A DNA stretch of 64,000 nt, taken from the NCBI GenBank assembly GCA_037134355.1, contig JBAXMJ010000002.1, positions 11,111 to 75,110 of the forward strand. Direction: 5' to 3'. Made by a program: the position numbers and the translations under genes. Positions within the stretch are counted from its first letter, which is position 1; each line of letters opens with the position of its first letter. Below the pieces are notes generated by a model that was not told the origin of the DNA, did not search any database, and saw only the letters and a program-made list of their open reading frames with translations. The stretch comes from a bacterium. Its GTDB lineage: Bacteria; Verrucomicrobiota; Kiritimatiellia; CAIKKV01; CAITUY01. Positions 17,208 to 28,100 of this stretch are shown here, one piece after another.

Positions 17208-20200
17208 AGCGATACGGTTCCGTGATTGGCGTCAGAGAACAGACAATGAAAACAACGCGTTTCCACATGCACATGCGAACTATTTCCGGCTGGTTATTGG
17301 CAGTCGGGCTACTGCTGGGCGGGCTGGCGCCGGTCGGCGCCACCGAGACGGAGAATCTTGGCATCCGCGCTCTGCCGACGCCCGGTGTTCCGATTACCTA
17401 CAACGCTCCTCGCGATGGGCGTGTGACCATCGCCATTAACGACGCCAGTGGGCGTCGGGTGCGCAACCTGATCGCCGATGTTCCGGTGACTAAAGGCACA
17501 CACCAGGTCACATGGGATGGGCTGAATGACAAGGGACATATCCTTCCTCCTGGATCCTATAAGTGGGTGGGGCTGGCACGTGGTGATTTGCACGCTATCT
17601 ATCGTGGACGTTTCGCCCATGGCACGCCTCCGTGGTATTTTGGCAACACGGGCGGCTGGCTGGCCGATCATTATCCCCCCTGTGCGGTAATCGGCGTGGG
17701 TGATGGCATGTTCATCGGATCGGGTGTGACGGAAGGCGGACATGGGTTGGTCCGTTGCGATCTGGACGGCAACAAACAATGGGGTAAGCGATGGCTTAGC
17801 CAGGCCGCATGGTGCAACGTCGCCAGTATGGCGAGTGAGGGTGAGCGGATCTTCGCCACCACCTTTCCCAATTGGCAGCAGAGTTGGGTCTGGGAAGTTG
17901 ACCCCAAGACGGGGGATTCCTGGCCGATTGTTAAAATCGCTGGGGGAATCTCACCGTCGCTGGGCAGCGGACAACCGGCACCGGTTCGTGATGCCCCATA
18001 CGATGGAATGCTCGGCCTGCGGGTGGTTGGCGCCCATCATACCGGGCCCACGCGTTGGGATGGCGAGGTTTTTGTCAGTGACGTGCTGGGCGATAAGCCG
18101 CGCACGTTTGTCTACCCTACCTCCCGAGCTCCCGGATCAAGCCCTGCGGATACGCGGGGATACTACAATGGTGACAACAACACCTGGAATACGGTCAGCG
18201 TGCTGCGCGTCCTGCCCGTGCGGGTGTGGGGCATGACCTGGTTGCCGGACGGACGTTGTATCGCTGTATTGGACAACAGTCTGGCCGTAATCGACACGAA
18301 GACGGGCGCCACCACACCGCTCGTGACGGATGGTTTGGAAGCGCCTTATGCCATCACGTCTGATGCCCAGGGGCGGCTCTTCGTCTCGGATCGTGGCGGG
18401 CAGGGAGAGTGGGACAGCCCGTATGGATTGCTGCATTCCTCCGGCCTGCGCATCAGTCCCAAAGCCTCAATGCAGGTGAAGATATTTGACAGCCAGGGAC
18501 GCCGTCTGGCGACCATCGGGCGTAAGGGTGGACAGCAACCAGGGGTGATCAATCCGCTGGACCTGTACCTGCCCGGAGGACTGGCTACCGATGCCCGCGG
18601 GCGCCTGTGGCTCAGCGAAGAAACCGGGACGAAGCGCATCAGTGTCTGGGACATTCCCGCCGACCTGGCGCAAAACAAACCACTATTGTCGAAAGAATAC
18701 CTCGGCACCAGCAGCTACGGCGAGGGCGCCTATATGCTGGACCCGATGCACCCCAACCGAATTACCTCCGATACCTATGGCATTACCTGGGATCTTGATC
18801 TCACGGCGGGAACCTTTCATCCCGTTGAATTGCCCCGGGTCACCGGCCTGCCGGACATGTTCAGCTCGACCTCTTTTCCCGAGAGTTTCCCGTTCGGCAA
18901 CCAAGGCGGGGGCGCCTACGACAGTTGGCTGGGTTTCACCAGCGATACCGTTGCCTTTCAGGGCCACACCTATCAGTGGTATTCTCGACCGGTCAATGGC
19001 TATGCCGTGGTGGGTGAAAAGACCGGTTCTGGCCAGTTCAAGCCGATGGCGGCTTTTGGCACGGTTTTCAACTACCTCGCACAATCGGGGCGTTACAGCG
19101 ACCACTGGGTTCCGCTCGCCATCCTGGAAGCGGCGAAACGATCGCCGGATTGGGACCGGTTGGCCCGTGCGAATGGTCTCGACCCCAAAATGACCGACTT
19201 CCCGCATGTGCCGGATCTCTCCGGCAAATGGCCGAGAGAATTCAATGCCTTCAACTGGACGGATGCCAACGGCGATGGTCTGATGCAGCCCGAAGAGATC
19301 GCCCTGAGCCGGTTAATGGCGCACCACGGCGCACAGGTCGTCATGGTCGATAAACAACTCAACGTGCTCATCTCGGTATATGGAACTCTCTACTGGATGA
19401 AACCGCAGGAGATTGGCGCTCTCGGCGCACCGAAGTACGACTGGACGAAAGCCGAACCCTGCTCATTGGGAACCGTGGGCAGCCCCACAGCCGTGCTCGC
19501 TGATGGGTCATTCCTTATCACCAGTCCGGACGATAACCTGATTCGTCTCGTGGGGCCTGATGGCAAACAGCGCTGGAGTTACCCCACCGCCTACAATAGC
19601 CACAGCCATCGCAATATGACGAATCAGCGTGAGCGGGTAACGCAACCGGGCGCCATCTATGGCGTCTGGAACATGCAGGGAGTGGTCTCAGGACCGGGCA
19701 CGCTGGGACAGTTCGCCATGATCCATTCCGGACATGGCATGAACTACCTGATGACCACCGATGGCCTCTTCATCGGGACGGTGTTCAAGTCTGGGTACGA
19801 CGAGAACAACTCGTGGGACAACCAGCCGGAGGCGAAGCCCGGGATGCTGATGGACAACTTTACTCTGGGCGACGAGTGCTTCAACGGGTCGATCGCCCGT
19901 GCAGAAGCGACCGCTGGCGGTTTTGAAAAGGGTCACTATTACCTGCTTGGCCTTGGGCGGCGGGTCGTGGTGGAACTGACCGGCATGGACACGGTGCAAC
20001 GCCTGCCTGGCGGTGCTGTCAAGCTGGCCCCGGCCTCTGTCAAGGCCACTCGCCAGCAACTCCTGACCACCGTGGCGCAGCAATGGGCCAAATCCGAACA
20101 GGGGAATATCGGCGACATCATCTATGCAAAGGATTACTCTGGACAGTTCTTCTGGGATTCGACAGCGGCAGTCTTCAGTGGTGGACGCGCATGCCTGTGG

Positions 20201-21460
20201 TATAACGAGGCTGGCCTTGGCATCGGGGGTTTTCTCGACTACCGACCGGGCACGCCGCTCACCCAGGTTTTCACCCATACCGCCCCCAGTTGGGAACAGG
20301 ATTATGCCTATGGTGAGTCGCTCAACCTCCAGATCGGAGCGAATCCGCCTGCCGGTTCAGGGCTGCCCCCATCAGCGATTATTCCCCAACGGTTGGTCTT
20401 TTCCGAGAGGAACGGCAAGTTGGAGGTCGTGCGGTATCGCTGGCTATCTGCCGCACAGACACCTGCGGGCGCAAAGCCTGTTCCGGAAGGGCGAGACGGC
20501 GGGTCGGGCTGGGTCGCCGAGTTGCTTGACCTCCCCGCAGTCGCCCTGACGCGGACCGAACCGATTTATTACAACACCTCTGCTACTTTCCAAATGACCA
20601 TTCCCTGGAAGACACTCGGGATCGACTACAAGCCGGGGATGGCGCTCGGCGCCGACATCGGATGCACGCGGCGGACGCCGGGTGGGGGCCTGACGCGCGC
20701 CAACTGGGTGAGCGATGTGCAGATAGCCGCCTATGACGACGCTACCACTCTGGCCATGCAGCCCGATCTCTGGCGCACCTTCGTCTTGCGTCCCGCTGGC
20801 TACGTCTTGCCGCCCGCTCCCGGCACTGCCGCAAACATCGAGAAGGGCAAACCCCTGCCGGTTCATTTCACCAAGGCCAACAATCCGGTCCTGGTCAGCT
20901 ATGGCGACGCCTCCACGTGGATTTCCACCGACGCGGCCGCTCTCAAGCTCAAATGGTATGTCAAACGCGACACCTCGCCCTTCGCCAATCACGGTGATGA
21001 CGTAACGCTCCTGTTCAAGAGCGGTGATGGCTGTGACCTGCAAATCGAGTCGCCAACTCTCGGCAAATGCCGCTATCTCATCGCCATGTATCAGGGCAAG
21101 CCGACGGTTGTGCGCTATCGGTTCCAGGCAAAGGACGCCAAACCAGAACAGGGAGTATGGTTCCGTTCTCCAGCCGGTGAACTATTCGTCCCGGTGGTTG
21201 AGCAACTACCCCTTGAGCCGAAGGTGGCACGGGGCGATAGCTGGTATACGGTGGAGGTGGCGTTACCGTGGGACACCCTGGGTATTGTTCCCAGGTCGGG
21301 ATTGAGCATCCCTGCCGAACTGGGCGTACTCGCATCCGATCCCGCCGGGACGATCACGACAACGCGATACTACTGGAACAGCGGACTCATCGGTATGGTC
21401 AAAGACGTGCCATCAGAAGCCAAACCGACGGACAACTGGGGGGGCTTCCGGCTGGATTGA
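17204..21460 (+). CDS. Giant secreted multidomain protein, paralog 1 (FlgD-Ig-like, PQQ/NHL-like beta-propeller, two CBM9-like domains)
   Basis: About 1418 aa starting at the ATG that overlaps the upstream stop (ATGA); the alternative start is MKTTRFHM at about 17246. Signal peptide ..GWLLAVGLLLGGLAPVGA. FlgD-Ig-like block GRVTIAINDASGRRVRNLIADVPVTKGTHQVTWDGLNDKGHILPPGSYKW. Propeller-like repeats (LVRCDLDGNKQWGKRW; RLFVSDRGG). CBM9-like blocks (TIPWKTLGI; YTVEVALPWDTLGI). The annotated track ORF start at 16916 lies inside the upstream gene. Confidence 0.7.
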   Translation: MKRYGSVIGVREQTMKTTRFHMHMRTISGWLLAVGLLLGGLAPVGATETENLGIRALPTPGVPITYNAPRDGRVTIAINDASGRRVRNLIADVPVTKGTHQVTWDGLNDKGHILPPGSYKWVGLARGDLHAIYRGRFAHGTPPWYFGNTGGWLADHYPPCAVIGVGDGMFIGSGVTEGGHGLVRCDLDGNKQWGKRWLSQAAWCNVASMASEGERIFATTFPNWQQSWVWEVDPKTGDSWPIVKIAGGISPSLGSGQPAPVRDAPYDGMLGLRVVGAHHTGPTRWDGEVFVSDVLGDKPRTFVYPTSRAPGSSPADTRGYYNGDNNTWNTVSVLRVLPVRVWGMTWLPDGRCIAVLDNSLAVIDTKTGATTPLVTDGLEAPYAITSDAQGRLFVSDRGGQGEWDSPYGLLHSSGLRISPKASMQVKIFDSQGRRLATIGRKGGQQPGVINPLDLYLPGGLATDARGRLWLSEETGTKRISVWDIPADLAQNKPLLSKEYLGTSSYGEGAYMLDPMHPNRITSDTYGITWDLDLTAGTFHPVELPRVTGLPDMFSSTSFPESFPFGNQGGGAYDSWLGFTSDTVAFQGHTYQWYSRPVNGYAVVGEKTGSGQFKPMAAFGTVFNYLAQSGRYSDHWVPLAILEAAKRSPDWDRLARANGLDPKMTDFPHVPDLSGKWPREFNAFNWTDANGDGLMQPEEIALSRLMAHHGAQVVMVDKQLNVLISVYGTLYWMKPQEIGALGAPKYDWTKAEPCSLGTVGSPTAVLADGSFLITSPDDNLIRLVGPDGKQRWSYPTAYNSHSHRNMTNQRERVTQPGAIYGVWNMQGVVSGPGTLGQFAMIHSGHGMNYLMTTDGLFIGTVFKSGYDENNSWDNQPEAKPGMLMDNFTLGDECFNGSIARAEATAGGFEKGHYYLLGLGRRVVVELTGMDTVQRLPGGAVKLAPASVKATRQQLLTTVAQQWAKSEQGNIGDIIYAKDYSGQFFWDSTAAVFSGGRACLWYNEAGLGIGGFLDYRPGTPLTQVFTHTAPSWEQDYAYGESLNLQIGANPPAGSGLPPSAIIPQRLVFSERNGKLEVVRYRWLSAAQTPAGAKPVPEGRDGGSGWVAELLDLPAVALTRTEPIYYNTSATFQMTIPWKTLGIDYKPGMALGADIGCTRRTPGGGLTRANWVSDVQIAAYDDATTLAMQPDLWRTFVLRPAGYVLPPAPGTAANIEKGKPLPVHFTKANNPVLVSYGDASTWISTDAAALKLKWYVKRDTSPFANHGDDVTLLFKSGDGCDLQIESPTLGKCRYLIAMYQGKPTVVRYRFQAKDAKPEQGVWFRSPAGELFVPVVEQLPLEPKVARGDSWYTVEVALPWDTLGIVPRSGLSIPAELGVLASDPAGTITTTRYYWNSGLIGMVKDVPSEAKPTDNWGGFRLD

Positions 21461-21550
21461 AGGGGGCCCCAACACGAGACCCCACCCCGCATACCAGAAA
21501 CCCATCAGGCCCATTTGGCTGCCGAATCGATTTCGCCAGGTTGTGGATAC

Positions 21551-22708
21551 TCACCCTTGCGAGTGGCGATGGCGCGAAGCCCAGATTGTTGAGAAGCCCA
21601 GATCGTTGACCGGAACCTGCGGGCGCCACTGGCCGTGGAAGATGACCGGCTCGACCTGGGCTGGGTTGGCGCCCAGGGCCAGCTCATCCGCGATCCGACG
21701 GGCCATATCGGGCCAATCATGGGTCACGGTGTCCACGCCGACGTCCGGCGGGCCGGCAAACGGGATGCTGAGCGATTGGCTGACCAGCATCCGGCATTTC
21801 CGCGCCAGCTCCATCATCTCCTGTGGCGCGTGGTAGAACAGCATCTGGCAGAGCAGGTCATCGTCGAGGATGATGCCTACGGCGGGGGAATCCGCCAGTC
21901 GACGCACGAACTCACGATGGCCCGTGGCCGGGACGGTGGCGTCCTGCCAGGGCAAGCCTGCGTGGGTCAGCGCGGAGGCCTTGCTGGTTTGCGGGGCCGT
22001 GGGGGAGGCCGGCCGCACCACGACCACCCGCGATACACCCTGCTGCCGCCACGCGGTGAATCCCTGGCGCAAGGCCCGCTCCACGGTCAGACTGAATTGT
22101 CGCCCCGGAAAGTCCATCGACCGGTCGGTCAGGACATGGACGTGGATTCCGTGATCGGCGAGTTGCCACAGCAGATCCCGATACTGGGGAAGGGGGAGCA
22201 ACCAGAACAAGGTGTCGATCTCGTGGGCCAGCAGGTTGTCCAGATAGTCGGTGTTCGCGGTCTCGACGCCCCGGGTAAAGATGAAATCGCCGAGGTAATG
22301 GTGATGGCGGAGCCGCTCTTCAAGGTGCACAAAGAACTGCTGCCAGTGCCGCATCCCCACAAACCCCGGCAGCCAGATTGGCAGGCCCACCACCCCGCGC
22401 ACCGGGATGCGCGCCTGGGCGCTCCGGGCGGTCACCAGGGTCATGGAGGCGCGGATGCGCGTCAGCAGCCCCTCGGCGGACAGGCGCTGGTAGACACGGC
22501 CCACCACGCTGGGCGACATCCGGAAGTGCGTCGCCACCTCGCGGACGGCGTAAAAGGGCCGCGGTGTCTTCCCCCGCACGTCCCGGGCCAGCCTGCGCAG
22601 GACGTCGGCCAGGGCCTCCGTACGGTTGCACTCCGGCGGGAAACCGCGGAAGCCCGGCGTGGCGTCGGCCAGGGGCGGCAGGGAGCGGGTGACAGGTTTA
22701 CGACTCAT
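21551..22708 (-). CDS. GntR-family HTH regulator fused to a periplasmic-binding-protein-type (LacI/PBP1-like) sugar-binding domain
   Basis: 385 aa. N-terminal winged HTH FYAVREVATHFRMSPSVVGRVYQRLSAEGLLTRI. C-terminal PBP-like domain. Divergent from the 22858 operon and convergent with the first operon. An intact paralog of the remnant at 13236-13382. Confidence 0.8.
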   Translation of the reverse strand: MSRKPVTRSLPPLADATPGFRGFPPECNRTEALADVLRRLARDVRGKTPRPFYAVREVATHFRMSPSVVGRVYQRLSAEGLLTRIRASMTLVTARSAQARIPVRGVVGLPIWLPGFVGMRHWQQFFVHLEERLRHHHYLGDFIFTRGVETANTDYLDNLLAHEIDTLFWLLPLPQYRDLLWQLADHGIHVHVLTDRSMDFPGRQFSLTVERALRQGFTAWRQQGVSRVVVVRPASPTAPQTSKASALTHAGLPWQDATVPATGHREFVRRLADSPAVGIILDDDLLCQMLFYHAPQEMMELARKCRMLVSQSLSIPFAGPPDVGVDTVTHDWPDMARRIADELALGANPAQVEPVIFHGQWRPQVPVNDLGFSTIWASRHRHSQG

Positions 22709-22857
22709 GAAGGGGTCATTCTGTACGCATTCTGTTCTGTTTGCAAGACGAATCGCATATCGGATACACTAGGCGCATCAATTGGAGAAGGAACCGTGTT
22801 ACAACGGAGTCACAACAACCACGCGCCGGTAACGGTGCACTGTAGAGGGGGGTCACG

Positions 22858-25134
22858 ATGAACAGGCACAGGAGATGGATGGCGGTACTGTTGGCGGCAT
22901 TCTGTTTTGCACTGACGGCACATGCCACAGAATATTACGTGTCCAAGACCGGGAACGACGCGAGCAACGGCACGAGTTGGGCCTTGGCCAGGCTCACGAT
23001 CCAGAAAGGCATCGATCTGGCGACGTTCGATGGCGACATCGTAAACGTATCGAACGGGGTCTACACGATCACCGCATCCCTCGCGATCACGAATGGCATT
23101 GGCATCACCGTCCGCAGCTTGAACGGAGCATCCAACACCACGGTGACGGCCAACAACAATGCGGGTGTAAGAGGGTTCAAAATCACGGGCGCAGGAAGTA
23201 CGCTCGACGGACTGACGATCACGAAAGGCAACATTAATGCTAACCCTGGAGGAGGCGGGATCCTATTCCAGGACAACGGCTCGGTCTGCACGGTGAAGAA
23301 CTGCGTCATCCTGTACAATCGCACCTTAAATAAGCCCGGCGCGGCGGTATATGTGGAAGCTACAGGGAAAGCGTTGCTCCAGAACTGCGTCATCGCCGGC
23401 AACCAGAACGATGGGAGCGACGGCACAATCGCTCTCAACAACGGCGGAACGCTGACGATTGATAACTGCACCGTAACCCGCAACTACAGCTCCGGCTTTA
23501 GTAGTGGAATCTACCTTATCATGAACCCGACCGTGATCGTGCGAAATACCATCGTGTATGACAACCGCTTCTTCTGGGGCGTCGTGAACTCCGGCGACTA
23601 CGGGGGAGGAGTGTTCGCCTTCACGAACTCTTGCATCTTCCCCAAGCCGGTCAAAGGCAGCGGCAACGTGACCAATGCCCCGCAATTCATGTATGACGGC
23701 GACGGCTATGGGTTGAGTTACAGCAACAACGCCAACCTGCGGCTGCAGCCCGGTTCGCCGTGCATCGATACGGCCCTGGCGGCCGTTGCGCCGCTAACGG
23801 ATATCGAAGGCAATGCCCGCAACAACGACGGTAACGGCGATGCCGTCAATGGCTACGACATGGGCGCGTATGAGGCGCCCGCGTTCGGCGCGGGCCCGCT
23901 GCGTTTCAGCCTGCTTCAGGACCGGATCGGAGGCATCACGCCGTTTCCCGTGGCCTTCATTGCCACCAACGTGGCCGGTGCGCAAACCGGCGGACTGCAT
24001 TACAGTTGGAACTTCGGCGACGGCCAGACGACGAACGGGGCCACGCTCGCCGTCGTCACGAACAACTACGCCACGCCCGGCGTCTATCGGGCCTCGCTGA
24101 TCCTGAGCAATGACCAGAGCGAGGCGGCGACCCAGTACTCGCTGCAGATCCTGGCGCCCGCATCCAAAGTCTACGTCGCCAAGGGCGGTTCCGCCACATC
24201 GCCGTACGACACGTGGGCCAAGGCGGCGAGCAACATCCAAGCGGCCATCGATGTCAGCTACGCGGATGCCGGCACAAACTCCGTAATCTGGGTCTCCAAC
24301 GGGGTCTACAATCTCGCAAATCAAATCAGAGTCGACCGGCGGGTCGCGATCCAGAGCGTGAACGGATACTCCAATACGATCATCGCCGGATCGGACGCCG
24401 AGCGGTGTCTGAACGTGACCCCCGATGGAGCCGGGTTCGTGATCGACGGCTTTACCGTGACGAACGGTTATGGAGCAAACGCAGGGCCGGGCTACAAGTA
24501 TGGTGGCGGCCTGTATGCGGCCGGCAGTTGTCTTGTGCGGAACTGCTGGTTCCAGAAGAACCGCAGTGTTTCCGATGGCGGGGGAGGGGCGGTGGGCGCA
24601 GACTACAGCGCAACACTCCGTCTTGAGAATTGCGTTCTCGCCGGAAACTGGGGGAAATACGCCGGCGCTGCAACGGCGCAGAACAGCAGCACGATACGGT
24701 TCGTCAACTGCACCATCACCGGCAACCAGTCGGATAACGTGCCGGCCGGGATCCATGTGAACCCCGGGGCCACCATGACCTTGACGAATAGCATCGTGTG
24801 GAACAACTACACCACCGGCGGTGCCCTGTCCAATTACATCCCAGGCACCGTGACGTTTGCGTACTCCTGCTCCGACCCTGTTCCCGCCGGCACGGGCAAC
24901 ACCAATGCGAATCCGCTGTTCGTGTCCGCCGGCGCTGGGTACGGACTCTCGCATAGCAATGGTAACTACCGCCTGGCGGACGGTTCACCTTGCATCGATA
25001 AGGGCAACAATGGCGGCGTGAGTGCGGCCACCGACCTGGACGGCAATCCGCGCATCCAGGGAAAGCAGGTCGATATGGGGGCATATGAGTCGCCGCCGCC
25101 GCCGCCGCGCGGCACCGTCTTTACCATTCGATGA
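22858..25134 (+). CDS. Secreted tandem right-handed beta-helix protein (two DUF1565/choice-of-anchor-Q-like modules) with a PKD domain
   Basis: 758 aa. Signal peptide MNRHRRWMAVLLAAFCFALTAHA. First module plus PKD is nearly identical to 13483..14898. Second beta-helix module ends ..DLDGNPRIQGKQVDMGAYESPPPP. Stop overlaps the next start (ATGA). Confidence 0.8.
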   Translation: MNRHRRWMAVLLAAFCFALTAHATEYYVSKTGNDASNGTSWALARLTIQKGIDLATFDGDIVNVSNGVYTITASLAITNGIGITVRSLNGASNTTVTANNNAGVRGFKITGAGSTLDGLTITKGNINANPGGGGILFQDNGSVCTVKNCVILYNRTLNKPGAAVYVEATGKALLQNCVIAGNQNDGSDGTIALNNGGTLTIDNCTVTRNYSSGFSSGIYLIMNPTVIVRNTIVYDNRFFWGVVNSGDYGGGVFAFTNSCIFPKPVKGSGNVTNAPQFMYDGDGYGLSYSNNANLRLQPGSPCIDTALAAVAPLTDIEGNARNNDGNGDAVNGYDMGAYEAPAFGAGPLRFSLLQDRIGGITPFPVAFIATNVAGAQTGGLHYSWNFGDGQTTNGATLAVVTNNYATPGVYRASLILSNDQSEAATQYSLQILAPASKVYVAKGGSATSPYDTWAKAASNIQAAIDVSYADAGTNSVIWVSNGVYNLANQIRVDRRVAIQSVNGYSNTIIAGSDAERCLNVTPDGAGFVIDGFTVTNGYGANAGPGYKYGGGLYAAGSCLVRNCWFQKNRSVSDGGGGAVGADYSATLRLENCVLAGNWGKYAGAATAQNSSTIRFVNCTITGNQSDNVPAGIHVNPGATMTLTNSIVWNNYTTGGALSNYIPGTVTFAYSCSDPVPAGTGNTNANPLFVSAGAGYGLSHSNGNYRLADGSPCIDKGNNGGVSAATDLDGNPRIQGKQVDMGAYESPPPPPRGTVFTIR

Positions 25135-28100
25135 GCCGGCAAAGACAAAGCAACCAAGGGAAACCTAATCCCATGTTCAGCAATAGCATGAAGAAAATAG
25201 CAGCCCTAAAGAAGAAGACGACCATGTTCAGCACGTTCATCAAGAAGCAGATTCCAGGATTCCTGGGGCTGCTCTGTCTCGCCGGCGTTTCCCCGCCGGC
25301 ATTCGCCCAGCAGACCGACAATCACGCCCTCCACGCCGTGCCGCATTCAGGTAAGGTCGTCATCGACGGCAAACTCGACGACTGGGATCTGTCCGGACAG
25401 ATCGACGTCTTCGCCAACTTCAAGACGCGCAACAACTACTCCACCAAGGTCGCCGCCATGTACGACAAGGAGAATTTCTATCTCCTCGTGACCTGGCGCG
25501 ATCCGACGCCGATGTTCAACATGGTCGACTCCAACTTCGACATCGGCAGTGGTTGGAAGAGCGACTGCCTGCAATTGCGGCTGAAGACCGACATGGTGAT
25601 CGTCGATGTCGCCTGCTGGTACTCCGCTGCCGCCAAGCACCCGGTGGTGTCCATTCAGTACGGGCGCTACACCGGCGAGAGCGACCCGGAGAGCAATAAG
25701 AATTTCCAGAACATCATGGACGCGCTGAAGGTCGGGGCGCTGGAAGCCTTCCAGATGGGCGAGGACGGCAAGAGCTACACCCAGGAGATCGCGCTGCCTT
25801 GGAAGCTCATCACCGGCCAGGGCGCCATCGTCAAGGCCACCGGCAAGCCGTACAAGGAACCGAAGACCTACGGCCCGGGCGACAGCTTCAATATGGGGAT
25901 GGAATTTCTCTGGGGCCCGCCTGACGGCCGCACCTTCCCCATCCACCGCTATGCCGATCTGTTGAAGCCGGGCACGAGCAGCCGCGAGTTCTTCTGGACC
26001 GCGGAGAACGCCTGGGGGTCGGTGATCCTGGAGCCGAAGGGGAATCTGAAGTTGCCGGCGGTGGAGTATGCCGCCTCGACCGAGTACCTGCAGAAGACCG
26101 AGGGACCGGTGAAACTGAACTACACCATGCCGTTCGACGGCTTTGCCACGCTGGTAGTTGACGACGGGCAAGGGCGCCGCGTGAAGAATGTCATCGGCAT
26201 GGCCCCGCGCGCCAAGGGCAAGCAGACCGATCTGTGGGACGGCACCGACGACCAGGGCAAGCTGATGCCGCCCGGCACGTATAAGATGCGCGGTTTGCTG
26301 CACGCGGGCATTGATCCGGTGTACGAGGCAAGCTATGGTACCCCGGGCGTGCCGCCGTGGGAGACCGGTGATGGTACCGGCGGCTGGATGAGCGATCACA
26401 ACCCCGATGTGGCCGTGGCCGCGGGCAGTAAGATGATGCTCCTGGCCGCCAGTGGGTGCGAGAGTGGCAGGGCGCTGGTCGGCGCCGACCTCAACGGCCG
26501 GCGCAAATGGGGCGAGTCCAAGTTCCAGGGGATCGCCGCCGTCGCCGCCGATGACACCTACGCCTACGCCGGCATGAACCCAGCAGAACCGAGCATCGGC
26601 CGCCTGCTGCTGGCCGACGGGAAATACGCCCCGTTCGCCACCCAGCCGGAGCCGCAGTTGATGGTGAAGGTGGCCACAGCGGAAGAGAAGGCGACGGTGC
26701 GCGGCCTGGCGGTCGCCGCCGATCGGCTGGCGGTGGCGCTGGCCGGGCCGGATGTGGTGCGCTTCTATAACAAAGTGTCGATGCAGCCGCAGGGCGAAGT
26801 CAAACTGACGGCGCCGGGCGGCCTGGCCTACGACACAGCCGGCGCGCTCCTGGCCGTCTCCGGGCAGAGCGTGGTGAAGATCGTGGACGGCAAGGTCACG
26901 CCGGTGGTGACCGCCAACCTGGAAAAGCCCATGGGGCTGGCGCTGGATGCCCAGGGGCGGATCTATGTCGCCGACCGTGGCACGCAGCAGGTGAAGGTGT
27001 TCACCGCCGCTGGCGCTTTTGACCATGCCGTGGGCGTGGCCGGCGGCCGGCCGCTGCCCGGCAAGTGGGTGGCCGGGGGCATGCGCGAGCCCAACGGCAT
27101 CGCCATCGACCCGCAGGGCCGCCTCTGGGTGGCGGAAGAGACAATGTATCCCAAGCGCTTCAGCGTCTGGGGCGCCGACGGCAAACCGGTGATGGACTTC
27201 AACGGCCCTCCCACCTACGGCGGCTTGGGCGCCTGCGTCGATTCGGACGACAAGACGCGGGTCTTCGGCAACGGCTGCGAGTTCAAACTCGATTACGCGG
27301 CTGACAAGGCCACGGTGACGGCGAACCTGCTCGATGGTAACATCAATGGCGAGCTCTTGAAGATCAACGGCCGCGAGTATTTCATAAACAAGCGCGGCGA
27401 GTTGTCTCAACGCCGCGGCGATGCCCTGGTCAAGGTCGCGGCGGTCGGGAGCGTGCAGCTGGCAAGAGGCGGCGTCATTCTGGACAACTGGGGGCAGAAA
27501 TGCACGTTCCCGCTGACCGCACCGAAAGACACCAAGGATTGGTTCGGCTACGTCTGGAGCGACCTTAACGACGACGGCCAGATGCAGGCCGAGGAGTGCC
27601 AGACGACCACCGAGAAACTCGACGGCGGTTATTGGGGCGGATACTGGTTGGACGAAAAGTTCAACATCTATACCGGTCCCGGTGGCTACGGTTCCCAGAC
27701 CGTCTGTACCATTCCGCTGGCGGGATGGACCAAGGCCGGGACGCCCACCTGGGATCTGACGAAACTACGAGTGATCGTCGCGAATCGCGAATCGGTTGGA
27801 CCGAACAAGCTCTACTGCGTCGGCGAGGGCAAGGTGATCGTCGGCACCCCGCTGACCTGCCTGGCCGACGACGGCACCAAACTTTGGAGTTACGGAAAGG
27901 ATCTGTTCAACGACGTGCACGGCTCGCACCTCGCGCCCATTCCCGAGCGCGACGACCAGCTTTACGGCACCCTGAACTGCATCGGCACGGCGCAGACGCC
28001 GGTGGGCAAGGCCTTCGCCATGGGCTCCAACATGGGCCGGCTCTTCGTCATGACCACCGACGGCCTCCTCGTGGGCAGCGTCTTCCAGGACTGCCGCATC